Shown in pieces: positions 1 to 8,171 of a DNA stretch of 13,103 bases (positions within the stretch are counted from its first letter, which is position 1; each line of letters starts with the position of its first letter). The position numbers and the translations under genes were made by a program. Location of the stretch: the NCBI GenBank assembly GCA_016926735.1, contig JAFGOA010000027.1:1-13103 (forward strand). Reading direction: 5' to 3'. The notes beneath the pieces were generated by a model. That model made no database searches, was not told the DNA's origin, and saw only the letters and a list, made by a program, of their open reading frames with translations. The DNA comes from Promethearchaeota archaeon (GTDB taxonomy: Archaea > Asgardarchaeota > Lokiarchaeia > Sigyniarchaeales > SOKP01).

Positions 1-69
1 ATTAGTATTTTTAGAAAAATTATCTAAAAAATTGGATAAAACCAACCGTTTATTCCAGGAAAATTGCAT
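1..69 (-). CDS. 5' end of a gene transcribed divergently from fic, running off the window (MQFSWNKRLVLSNFLDNFSKNTN...), product unknown
   Basis: Minus-strand ATG at 69..67; strong SD-like GAAAGGGAGGAG (reverse complement of 79..90) about 9-11 nt upstream; 23 stop-free codons to the window edge. Too short for a family call. Confidence 0.4.
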   Translation of the reverse strand, partial: MQFSWNKRLVLSNFLDNFSKNTN

Positions 70-172
70 CTTGGGCAGCTCCTCCCTTTCTGATATGGGT
101 TAATTATTATCCTTATTGCGAACTTGCCAAAGGTAATCGTTGCAATTTCTTCTTATAACGAAGGAATAAAAA

Positions 173-1210
173 ATGTTTAAACAGAAATTCGAATATACTA
201 ATAAAATAGTTAAATTACTTACCAGAATTTCTGCCGCCAGGGAAACAATTCTTAATTCACCTTTAATTCCAAAATGGAATATCACTTTAAGACAGGAAGC
301 TGTAATCCATAGTGCCCATTCATCTACCAGTATTGAAGGAAATAGATTATCCCTAAAACAAGTAAGCGAATTAGCCCAGGGAAGAGAAATAACGGCTACT
401 CGAAGAGATAAGCAAGAAGTTTTAAATTATTTAGATGTGCTAAATAATATTAAAAACCTGATAAAAGATAATTTTATAAGTGAAAAAGATATTTTAAATA
501 TCCATCGTATGGTAACTAAAAATACTCTGGATAATCCCACTGACTCTGGGGTTTATCGCAACCGTTATGTAGTAGTGGGAAACAGATTTACCGGAGAGAT
601 ATTTTTTAAGCCTCCCCAGAATCGAGAAGTGCCGGGATTAGTAAAAGATTTGGTTAGCTGGATAAATTCGGAAGAATCGAAAGAGCTTGACCCGGTTATT
701 GAAGCAGGAGCCATCCATTATGAATTAGTCAGAATCCATCCTTTTGTTGATGGTAATGGTAGAACAGCGAGAGTCCTGGCTGCTTTAATACTCTATTCGC
801 GTGGTTTTGATACCAATCAGTTCTTTTGTCTCGATGATTATTATGATTCTGATAGATCAGCATACTATAAAGCATTACAAAGCGTTGAACCCGATAAATT
901 AGATTTGACTAATTGGTTGGAATATTTTACAGAAGGAGTAAATATAAGTATTGAAGCAGTTAAAGAAAGAATATTAAAACTCAGCAGTAAAAGGCTGAGG
1001 AAAGCAAAAGGCAAACAAATAGCCCTAACCGAAAGACAGATGAGGATTATAGAATTTATAAATCAAAATGGCAAAATAACCAATAAAGATGTAAGGGAAA
1101 TGTTCAACCTCTCTAATAGGGCTGCATTAGATGAGATAAATAAACTTCTCGAATTACAGGTCTTAAAATCCCAAAGCAAGGGTAGAGCCCTTCATTATAT
1201 AATGTTATAA
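173..1210 (+). CDS. fic: Fic-domain protein (class II, N-terminal inhibitory helix) with C-terminal winged HTH, 345 aa
   Basis: Canonical Fic motif HPFVDGNGRTAR (HxFx[D/E]GNGRxxR); inhibitory (S/T)xxxE(G/N) motif in SSTSIEGN; YYKAL motif; C-terminal LTERQMRIIEFINQNGKITNKDVREMFNLS...LLELQVL wHTH pattern; SD-like AAGGA at 161..165. Confidence 0.95.
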   Translation: MFKQKFEYTNKIVKLLTRISAARETILNSPLIPKWNITLRQEAVIHSAHSSTSIEGNRLSLKQVSELAQGREITATRRDKQEVLNYLDVLNNIKNLIKDNFISEKDILNIHRMVTKNTLDNPTDSGVYRNRYVVVGNRFTGEIFFKPPQNREVPGLVKDLVSWINSEESKELDPVIEAGAIHYELVRIHPFVDGNGRTARVLAALILYSRGFDTNQFFCLDDYYDSDRSAYYKALQSVEPDKLDLTNWLEYFTEGVNISIEAVKERILKLSSKRLRKAKGKQIALTERQMRIIEFINQNGKITNKDVREMFNLSNRAALDEINKLLELQVLKSQSKGRALHYIML

Positions 1211-1213
1211 TAT

Positions 1214-1244
1214 TCATGATTATACTCACGATAAGGTTCACGAT
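1214..1244. repeat. Three TCAYGAT heptamers at exact 12-bp period just after the fic stop
   Basis: TCATGAT 1214..1220, TCACGAT 1226..1232, TCACGAT 1238..1244; weaker fourth copy TTATGAT 1252..1258. Confidence 0.7.
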
Positions 1245-1290
1245 TATTATATTATGATATTGTAAAGATGATTAATTATACAGATAAGAG

Positions 1291-1391
1291 AGAAGTAAAA
1301 AACGAATTTTGTATTTAAAATGGAATGTACTCCTAATTAAAAAAATTAAAAAATATTTATAAGTCTAGTATGCACACAGCGTATTATAAAT
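1291..1391 (+). other. Possible pair of degenerate CRISPR-repeat-like units flanking a ~42-nt pseudo-spacer
   Basis: 1291..1320 matches the array repeat at 16/30 ungapped, all within its 3' 22 nt (AAAAC...TGTATTTAAA). 1363..1391 (GTCTAGTATGCACACAGCGTATTATAAAT) shares GT..., ACA, GTATT and TAAAT only with gaps. The AT-rich background makes chance plausible. Confidence 0.25.
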
Positions 1392-1428
1392 AATCTTATA
1401 ATAATTTTGGATTTATAGGTTGTAATGA

Positions 1429-1437
1429 TGGTATAAA
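1429..1437 (+). promoter_or_regulatory. Candidate extended -10 element (TG-n-TATAAA) upstream of the small ORF and cas operon
   Basis: TGGTATAAA at 1429..1437; no convincing -35 at 17-bp spacing. Confidence 0.3.
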
Positions 1438-1550
1438 ATAAATTTTTTCAAAATCTTTAATTAACATTTTTTAATCCATGAATAAAAATATCCTTACTCA
1501 AGATTATTTATTTTTAACTCTTAATTATTATTTAATAGGAGGAAAATAAA

Positions 1551-1808
1551 ATAAATAAAATTGCAGAGTCGATAAATACTTTTAAAATTTTTAAATTTAA
1601 TTCGAGTATTAAAACAAGAAACACACAATCTATCATATTAGAACAATTGATGCTCCCCCATTTAAAATTATTAAAATTTCTACTAATTTTCCTACCTATG
1701 ACTATACACTTAAAAACCGACAATATTCCATTTCTTCCACCAAAGATAGGGCTTTTATTTTTATTTAATTATACAAAGATTATTACTTTAAAGTTTTACA
1801 ACAGATAA
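1551..1808 (+). CDS. Putative 85-aa small ORF with non-canonical ATA start (alternative starts TTG 1647, ATG 1650), unknown function or decayed gene
   Basis: AGGAGG at 1537..1542, 8 nt before ATA 1551; frame open from 1539 to TAA 1806..1808 in very AT-rich DNA. Translation (M)NKIAESINTFKIFKFNSSIKTRNTQSIILEQLMLPHLKLLKFLLIFLPMTIHLKTDNIPFLPPKIGLLFLFNYTKIITLKFYNR has no recognisable motif. Confidence 0.3.
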   Translation: MNKIAESINTFKIFKFNSSIKTRNTQSIILEQLMLPHLKLLKFLLIFLPMTIHLKTDNIPFLPPKIGLLFLFNYTKIITLKFYNR

Positions 1809-1859
1809 GGCAAAAGATTGTAACGATAGAGATTTAAGAAAAACAAAAGGAGAAAATTA

Positions 1860-2558
1860 ATGCATTATTTTGAATTAACCACAACGGTATATCTTTTAAA
1901 AAACGTAGCTTTTAATGAAGTGAATGAAAAGATTGCCCAGCTTATTAATAAGGCAATGCTAAGTGATAAGGAATTAGCTATAAAGCATGAGGTGAATCAA
2001 TTTAAAAATTATGTTTTTGATTCATTGTATCCACGGGAACAGGATAAGATTTACAAGGCAGGAAAAATTTATGTTTTTCGTATTCGAAGTTTAGAGGAAT
2101 ATTTTATCACCAAGATCAAAGAATCGTTCTCTCAGGTTACTACTGACTATTTTAAAGTTATTGCCGGTGAAGTTAGAAGATATGAACAAAGACCTATAAA
2201 AGAGCTTTATACGGTTACCCCGGCTTTGGCGACTATTGGAAAAAATATTTATTGGATACCGGGCAACGACATCAAGATTCTAATTGAAAGAATGAATTCA
2301 AATTTATTTAAAAAATATAAAAATTATTTTGGAGTTTCATTAAACGAAGAGCAATTGTTTTTTGAAAAGATAAAAGTCCTTAATAAGAAACCATTGGTTT
2401 ATAAATATAAAAATATTAATTTGTTTGGAAATAAATTTAAAATTGCAATTAATGATGACGAAATTTCACAGAAATTAGCTTTTATGACTTTAGGAGTCGG
2501 GCTATTAGAAAAAAACTCAACTGTTGGTATGGGTTTCTGCATCGAAGGGAGGTTTTAA
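1860..2558 (+). CDS. cas6: CRISPR-associated endoribonuclease Cas6, 232 aa
   Basis: C-terminal G-rich loop GVGLLEKNSTVGMGF; FKNYVF and TVTP motifs typical of I-B Cas6; SD AAGGAG 1847..1852; first gene of the operon. Confidence 0.93.
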   Translation: MHYFELTTTVYLLKNVAFNEVNEKIAQLINKAMLSDKELAIKHEVNQFKNYVFDSLYPREQDKIYKAGKIYVFRIRSLEEYFITKIKESFSQVTTDYFKVIAGEVRRYEQRPIKELYTVTPALATIGKNIYWIPGNDIKILIERMNSNLFKKYKNYFGVSLNEEQLFFEKIKVLNKKPLVYKYKNINLFGNKFKIAINDDEISQKLAFMTLGVGLLEKNSTVGMGFCIEGRF

Positions 2559-2560
2559 AA

Positions 2561-4264
2561 TTGGAAAATAAATTAGAAGAGCAAATAATTAAGAAAATAT
2601 TCTACCCAAAAGATGTATTTTACAATAATGGGATAGTTAATCTATATGATTATTTAAAGCAAAACAATGTTGAAATTTTGCGAAACGATCTTACTGATAA
2701 TTCATTAAAATTGGAGTTTAATAAATCTGATGAAATAGAAATTTTTAACTCTATTATTTCTGAATTTATTGTCAATAATAAATTAGTTACTTTTACAAAA
2801 AATGATAGATTATATTGGGATAAAAGGCGGAATGATTTTGTGAAAGATAAAAGAGTTGATATCCCTTCCGGGGCAAGAAACGAAAAGAAATATATACTAT
2901 TCAGAGAAAAATTAAATAAATTAGGTTTTACAAAAGAAGAGATGAAGTTAAAATATGATACTTGTTTGAACAATGATATTAGTAAATTTAGCGATGTGGT
3001 AAGCAAAACCGGAGATGTAATTATCCATAAAGAATATGAAGATTACGTTAGTCAATATAGAGATGAAGTATTATGGAAGGATCAAAGTAAAGAAATAGCC
3101 CTTGATTCAAAAATACACACTTTTGAATGTGGGCCAGGACCTTTTACGGACATGCTACCCGCTAAATGTGAAAATCTTGATAAATGGGATGCCTTAATTT
3201 ATTGGTTTGGAACAAGAATAAAGAGATTTTATAATGCAAATTACTACATATATTTAAATTCAAGCAGGTTGAATTATTTATCGGAATTTAAAAATGAATT
3301 GAAAATAAGTGACGAGAAGAGAAAATACAAAGACGATAGAACAGAAGAGGTAAAGATAATTTCTACGAATATTAATTTTAGGGATCAACTTTTTAAAGAT
3401 GGTATAAAAAATCCATATTTTTTCATTTCTAATAGCGAAGAGGAATTCAAATTAAAATTCTTTATGTATTTATTTTCTCTTATTTTTCACATTGAAGATA
3501 GTTACAAAGGAGAAACAGATGAAAGATATAAAGAATTAAAAGAAAGCCTATATAATTCTTTAAAATATATAACCTTTTTTACTTATACCCAAGATGGAGA
3601 TATGAAATCTGCGCTGAACGAATACTCCAAAGCATATAAATTAATTATATTTTTTAAAAAATTAAAAGAATGTGAAATAGAAAGGGATCACAAAGATATT
3701 TTTATTTATTTATCAGAATTGATAACTGTTTTAAATTTCTCTAAAAGCAATAAAGAAGTAAATTTAAATATTAAGTCTTTTGCTAATAATATCCTTAACT
3801 TTAAAGATTTAAGAAAAAATTATTTGGAAGCATCTTTTGACGTGTTAGAGGACGGCAAAAGAGGTTTAGGAAAAGAGTTATATGTTTTTGAAAATCTTTA
3901 TCTCAAAGAAATAAAAAAGGGGGTTTTAGAAATGGATTTACATAGTAAATCTAAAGTAATCGGGGAGGGTATAGGAAGTTTCGAAGCGCAAATAGAGGAT
4001 AAAAATCTATTATTTACTTTAAGAAATATTAAAAATCATAAACAACTCATCTCTTATTTTAAAGATTTTAAATTTGAGGTTCTGAAGAATCAAGAAAAAG
4101 CAAAATTTAATATAGAGTTTATAAATTCATTAACGGACATGTTAGGTGAGCTTGATCAATGTTCAGAAAATTGGGAAATAGTTCGCGATTATATTGCGAT
4201 ATACTCTATAGATAAATATAAAAATGTCTCGTATGCTAAAGAACAAAATAAAGGAGGTAAATAA
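2561..4264 (+). CDS. cas8: Type I-B Cascade large subunit Cas8 (divergent, Cst1/Cas8b-like), 567 aa
   Basis: Position between cas6 and cas7; size; N-terminal FYNNGIVNL resembling the Cst1-type YNAGIVG motif; helical Cas11-like C terminus; TTG start with SD GGGAGG near 2547..2552. Call rests mainly on synteny. Confidence 0.8.
   Translation: MENKLEEQIIKKIFYPKDVFYNNGIVNLYDYLKQNNVEILRNDLTDNSLKLEFNKSDEIEIFNSIISEFIVNNKLVTFTKNDRLYWDKRRNDFVKDKRVDIPSGARNEKKYILFREKLNKLGFTKEEMKLKYDTCLNNDISKFSDVVSKTGDVIIHKEYEDYVSQYRDEVLWKDQSKEIALDSKIHTFECGPGPFTDMLPAKCENLDKWDALIYWFGTRIKRFYNANYYIYLNSSRLNYLSEFKNELKISDEKRKYKDDRTEEVKIISTNINFRDQLFKDGIKNPYFFISNSEEEFKLKFFMYLFSLIFHIEDSYKGETDERYKELKESLYNSLKYITFFTYTQDGDMKSALNEYSKAYKLIIFFKKLKECEIERDHKDIFIYLSELITVLNFSKSNKEVNLNIKSFANNILNFKDLRKNYLEASFDVLEDGKRGLGKELYVFENLYLKEIKKGVLEMDLHSKSKVIGEGIGSFEAQIEDKNLLFTLRNIKNHKQLISYFKDFKFEVLKNQEKAKFNIEFINSLTDMLGELDQCSENWEIVRDYIAIYSIDKYKNVSYAKEQNKGGK
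3932..4264 (+). CDS. cas11: Cas11 small subunit translated in frame from an internal start within cas8 (110 aa, MDLHSKSKVIGEGIG...)
   Basis: In-frame ATG at 3932 (Cas8 Met458) preceded by SD-like AAGGGGGT at 3917..3924 with 7-nt spacing. Internal Cas11 translation from the large-subunit gene is established for I-B, I-C and I-D. Confidence 0.75.
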   Translation: MDLHSKSKVIGEGIGSFEAQIEDKNLLFTLRNIKNHKQLISYFKDFKFEVLKNQEKAKFNIEFINSLTDMLGELDQCSENWEIVRDYIAIYSIDKYKNVSYAKEQNKGGK

Positions 4265-4265
4265 G

Positions 4266-5207
4266 ATGGAATTTTTAAACATAGCTTATGTATCAAAAGT
4301 AAATATTGCATCATTAAATGGTAGTGAGGGAACAGGAGGAAATATTGTTACAATAAAAAAAATTACTGATAATCAGGGTAATGAATTTGCTTATATATCC
4401 GGGCAAGCTCAAAGACGATATTTAAAAGAAACCCTAAGGCAATTGGGGGAAAATATCACTGCAGTCAATGAAAGAGGAGAGCCTGATTTCAGAGAGTATA
4501 ATACAAAAATATATGCTTCAGATAAGGGTGAAAAGTTTAAAGATATGGAATTGATGTATAAAAATTTTTGCGATTTAGATCTGTTTGGCTACATGATGCC
4601 TAAGGGTGGTAGAAGATGGTCTCCTGTAAAGGTAGCTCCCATGCTTTCTGTTTTACCTTATAAAGGAGAATATGATTATTTAACTAGGAAGCAAGCAGTA
4701 AAAGACGAAACTAAAAAAAGTGGTAATATCGTACAGGTAGAGGTTGACACTTTAAATTTTATGCGAGGAAATATTTTAATTGATGTCACTAAAATAGGTA
4801 AAGAGATAAACGAGTATAATTATGAATTTAATCAAATATTAAGTAACGAAGAAATTGATCATAGAATAAATATATTAATAGAAGCGATTAAAGTTTTTAA
4901 CGGTGGGGCGAAACAATCAAGAAACTTAGAGGATATATCTCCTAAGTTTGTTATAGCTATCTCCCAAAGAGCGGGTAATCCATTCTTGTTAAATACTTTC
5001 AAAATTGATAAATACAATAATTTAGAAGTAAAGCCCATAATTGAGGCTATTAAAGAAAACTCGGATTATATTGAAAGCAAAGCAGTAGGGCTAACAACAA
5101 ATATTTTTCAAAACGAAGAAGAAATAAAAAGTAAATTTCAAGAGATAGGGGTCGAGATTATCAGTGTGTCACAGGCGCTAGATACACTAAAAAAGAAGAG
5201 GGAATAA
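4266..5207 (+). CDS. cas7: Cas7 backbone subunit (Cst2/DevR family), 313 aa; start reassigned from 4224 to 4266
   Basis: ASLNGSEG, YISGQAQRRYLKETL, DLFGYM and RWSPVKV motifs of DevR/Cst2-type Cas7; perfect SD AAGGAGGT at 4251..4258, 7 nt before ATG 4266, just after the cas8 stop. Confidence 0.93.
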   Translation: MEFLNIAYVSKVNIASLNGSEGTGGNIVTIKKITDNQGNEFAYISGQAQRRYLKETLRQLGENITAVNERGEPDFREYNTKIYASDKGEKFKDMELMYKNFCDLDLFGYMMPKGGRRWSPVKVAPMLSVLPYKGEYDYLTRKQAVKDETKKSGNIVQVEVDTLNFMRGNILIDVTKIGKEINEYNYEFNQILSNEEIDHRINILIEAIKVFNGGAKQSRNLEDISPKFVIAISQRAGNPFLLNTFKIDKYNNLEVKPIIEAIKENSDYIESKAVGLTTNIFQNEEEIKSKFQEIGVEIISVSQALDTLKKKRE

Positions 5208-5209
5208 AG

Positions 5210-5920
5210 ATGAATGTCATTAAATTTAAAGCAGAGGGAATTTTGAATTCCTTTAGAGTTCCTCTATTTAAAACTTATCACCGAACTTTTTTAGCACCTA
5301 CCAAGACAAATATTATCGGAATGATCACTAACATTATGGGTAAATCTGAAAAGTGGTATTATGAGGCTTTAAATGAAAATCGAATACAAGTATCGGTAAT
5401 AATCAATAACATTGGAGGAAAGACAAAAGATCTCTGGTCATATAAAACATATAAGGATAAAAATAATGGTAGAAGTATCATTAGAAGAGATAAACTTTTT
5501 AAAGCCATTTATACCATCTATCTACTGATCGATTCAAAAGAATTATTTAAAGAGATTCTAATTGCTTTAAAATTGCCAACAAGCATACCTTCGTTAGGTT
5601 TAGATGATGAGCTTATTAAAATATCTGAAGTAGAAGATAGGGTGCAAATAAGTGAAAATAACAGTAGGCGCATAAATTCAGTTTTTGTAGATAAAGGATA
5701 TTCCTATAAAGCGATTATTGAAAATCCCCATCAATTCGTTGAGTTTCCTATAGTGAATGAAATTCCTTTATCTTTTAAGGTGAAACGATCCAAAGAAGGT
5801 TCCCGCGAAAGTAGGCAAGCCATAGATATTTTTAAGCAAGTGGAATATTTAAATTGTCTCATTGAATTAGAAAATGTTGCAAGTTATAGCGATGGAGTAA
5901 ATAGGATGGTGTTTTATTAA
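5210..5920 (+). CDS. cas5: Cas5, 236 aa
   Basis: N-terminal SFRVP...RTFLAPTKTNIIGMI Cas5 motif; PSLGLDDE loop; located between cas7 and cas3. Confidence 0.93.
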   Translation: MNVIKFKAEGILNSFRVPLFKTYHRTFLAPTKTNIIGMITNIMGKSEKWYYEALNENRIQVSVIINNIGGKTKDLWSYKTYKDKNNGRSIIRRDKLFKAIYTIYLLIDSKELFKEILIALKLPTSIPSLGLDDELIKISEVEDRVQISENNSRRINSVFVDKGYSYKAIIENPHQFVEFPIVNEIPLSFKVKRSKEGSRESRQAIDIFKQVEYLNCLIELENVASYSDGVNRMVFY

Positions 5921-8151
5921 TGAAAATCATCCTGGCGAAAAAAAGAAGAGATAATGAGACTCAGACCTTACAAGAACATACCCAGGGGGTTTTGGAGGAA
6001 ACATCAAGGTTAATTAATAAAGATATGCTTACTTTTATTTCTAAAAAAACAGGATATGACCAAGATAGATTAGGCGATTTAATCTTCTATGCAAGTTACT
6101 TTCACGATATTGGAAAGGCGACAGTGCAATTTCAAGATACGATAAATTTTAGTAAAAGAAGTTGCCACTCTCTTTATTCTGCAAGTATCGTAGCGGGTAT
6201 ATCTGATTTTGAATTAAATAAAAAAGATTGGGTGAACTTATTGTTTCTCGTAGTTCTTACTCACCATAGTTTATACGCCCCGACACTTTTTGCAGCTGTC
6301 GATAAGAGCAATAAATATCAATATACTTTCTATTCTACGGAAGCAAAGGATTTTTTTGATTTACATAAAGAATATTATAAAAAATTTTTCAAAAAAGACT
6401 GTCCCTATAATTTTGTCTATAAAGAAATTGAGCTACCGGAATTACGAAAGGAAATAGATGAACACTTAAAATATAATATAAAACGCGTTTACAATAAAGA
6501 GAGCTTTCGTTTGTTATATTGCTACATTCTGGGTATTTTAAATCTTTCTGATTGGCTTGCTTCTTCCAAATTTGATCAAACTACTCCCAAGATTGCCTTC
6601 GAGACTGTTCTTACCAATAGGTATTTAATAGACAGCTTAAGGTCATCATTAAGTCCAAGAGAACTTATCACTAAAAAATTTCAAGAAGATTTATCTACAA
6701 CAAGGGGAAATGTATTGGTCGAAATCCCTACTGGTGAAGGTAAGACAGAAGGGGCTTATTTGTGGGCTGTAAATAATCTTAAGGGCATAGATAGTAAAAT
6801 TATTTATACTCTTCCCACCCAAACTACCTCTAATAAACTTTATGAGAGAGGTAGAACTATCTTCAAGGATTATACCGGATTAGTTCATGGTGCTTCAAAA
6901 TTGTATTTGGAAAAAATATTTACTAACGAGGATGGAACTGTAAGCATGGATTTAAGTAATGAGCTATTGTTTAGCAAAGTTTTCAGTAAACCATTTACAG
7001 TCTCTACTATAGATAGCCTTCTAAAGTATTTTATTAATGTAGGCAAATACAACATTGGCATGTTTAATATTTTGAATTCTTTAGTAGTTATTGATGAAGT
7101 ACATTCATATGATTATAAATTGATGGGATTTGTTAAGCGATTTTTGGAACTTGCTCAAGAATATAAAATACCGGTTTGTATTATGAGCGCTTCTATCCCC
7201 GAAAAAATAAAAGAAAAGCTGGGTATTAATAATTATTCTTTAATAAAAGATAATGAGCTATTCACAAAAAAGGCAAATTTTATCCATAAAGTAAATAAAT
7301 CTTTAGAAGAAGACGTAGATAGCATTGTAAAAAAGTATAGAGAAGGGAAAAATATTTTAATTGTAAGAAATACAGTAAAAAAATCTGTTGAAACATATCA
7401 ATTATTGAAAGAAAAGAAGATACAAGAATTGCTTCTTTATAATGCTAATTTTAAAAAATGCGACCGGATAAAGAAAGAGGATGAGATTGATAAAAAATTA
7501 AGGGATAAGAAAAAATTTATTTTAGTTGCAACCCAGGTGGTAGAAGTTTCTTTAGATATTGATTTTGAAGTTTTATTTACCGATGTTGCTCCCATAGATT
7601 CACTAATACAAAGATTTGGAAGAGTTAACCGGCAGAAAAAGACAGATAATTACGGTAGTATTTTTATTTACGAAAAGACAGATATAAAGCCTTATTACGA
7701 TTATCTTCTTGATATTAGTTTTAATACCCTTAAGGATGGGTTATATGAGATAGGAGAATATTCAAATTGGTTAGATGTCGTGTATGATAAATTATTTGAA
7801 GATATAAAGCATAAAAATGAATTCGAAAAACTTTTTAACGAAGGGTATCAGGCTTATGGAAAATATATAGATATAAACGAAGGGATTAGCAAGTTTAAAG
7901 ATGTCTATGAGTTGAGAAATATCGAATATTCAAAAAAGGACTTTATACTGAAAGATGATTATGAAAAAAATATGTACAAATATGAGAATACCGTTTCCTT
8001 GGGTAGCTGGCTTGCGGATAGAAAAAATGGTTACTTGTTGGCCGAAAGAGATATTGATAACGGTAAATTTTATGATGCATTGAATTTAGATTATGATTAT
8101 GATTATGGAGCTATAATGCCCGACCAAAGCGACTATGAAAGATTTTTATAA
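5920..8151 (+). CDS. cas3: Cas3 HD nuclease-SF2 helicase, 743 aa
   Basis: HD-domain motifs LQEHT, FHDIGK, THHS, DWLAS; Walker A PTGEGKT; DEVH; MSAS; VATQVVEVSLDID; QRFGRVNR; TAATG stop/start overlap with cas5. Confidence 0.97.
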   Translation: MKIILAKKRRDNETQTLQEHTQGVLEETSRLINKDMLTFISKKTGYDQDRLGDLIFYASYFHDIGKATVQFQDTINFSKRSCHSLYSASIVAGISDFELNKKDWVNLLFLVVLTHHSLYAPTLFAAVDKSNKYQYTFYSTEAKDFFDLHKEYYKKFFKKDCPYNFVYKEIELPELRKEIDEHLKYNIKRVYNKESFRLLYCYILGILNLSDWLASSKFDQTTPKIAFETVLTNRYLIDSLRSSLSPRELITKKFQEDLSTTRGNVLVEIPTGEGKTEGAYLWAVNNLKGIDSKIIYTLPTQTTSNKLYERGRTIFKDYTGLVHGASKLYLEKIFTNEDGTVSMDLSNELLFSKVFSKPFTVSTIDSLLKYFINVGKYNIGMFNILNSLVVIDEVHSYDYKLMGFVKRFLELAQEYKIPVCIMSASIPEKIKEKLGINNYSLIKDNELFTKKANFIHKVNKSLEEDVDSIVKKYREGKNILIVRNTVKKSVETYQLLKEKKIQELLLYNANFKKCDRIKKEDEIDKKLRDKKKFILVATQVVEVSLDIDFEVLFTDVAPIDSLIQRFGRVNRQKKTDNYGSIFIYEKTDIKPYYDYLLDISFNTLKDGLYEIGEYSNWLDVVYDKLFEDIKHKNEFEKLFNEGYQAYGKYIDINEGISKFKDVYELRNIEYSKKDFILKDDYEKNMYKYENTVSLGSWLADRKNGYLLAERDIDNGKFYDALNLDYDYDYGAIMPDQSDYERFL

Positions 8152-8171
8152 TTAATAGAAGGCTTTAAGAT

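Noticed and set aside
100-285. Minus-strand 61-aa ORF
   Set aside because: Largely antisense to the well-supported fic gene; no motif.
1387-1510. 11-bp inverted repeat TAAATAATCTT / AAGATTATTTA
   Set aside because: Almost all A/T and about 100 bp apart in very AT-rich DNA; cannot be separated from chance.
1532-1723. Minus-strand 63-aa ORF
   Set aside because: No SD or motif seen; the plus-strand frame here has the SD and the longer open stretch.
2650-3006. Minus-strand 118-aa ORF
   Set aside because: Antisense shadow of cas8 with S/L/F-rich composition.
4224-4265. ORF-track N-terminal extension of cas7
   Set aside because: Overlaps the cas8 3' end; the perfect SD at 4251..4258 points to ATG 4266.
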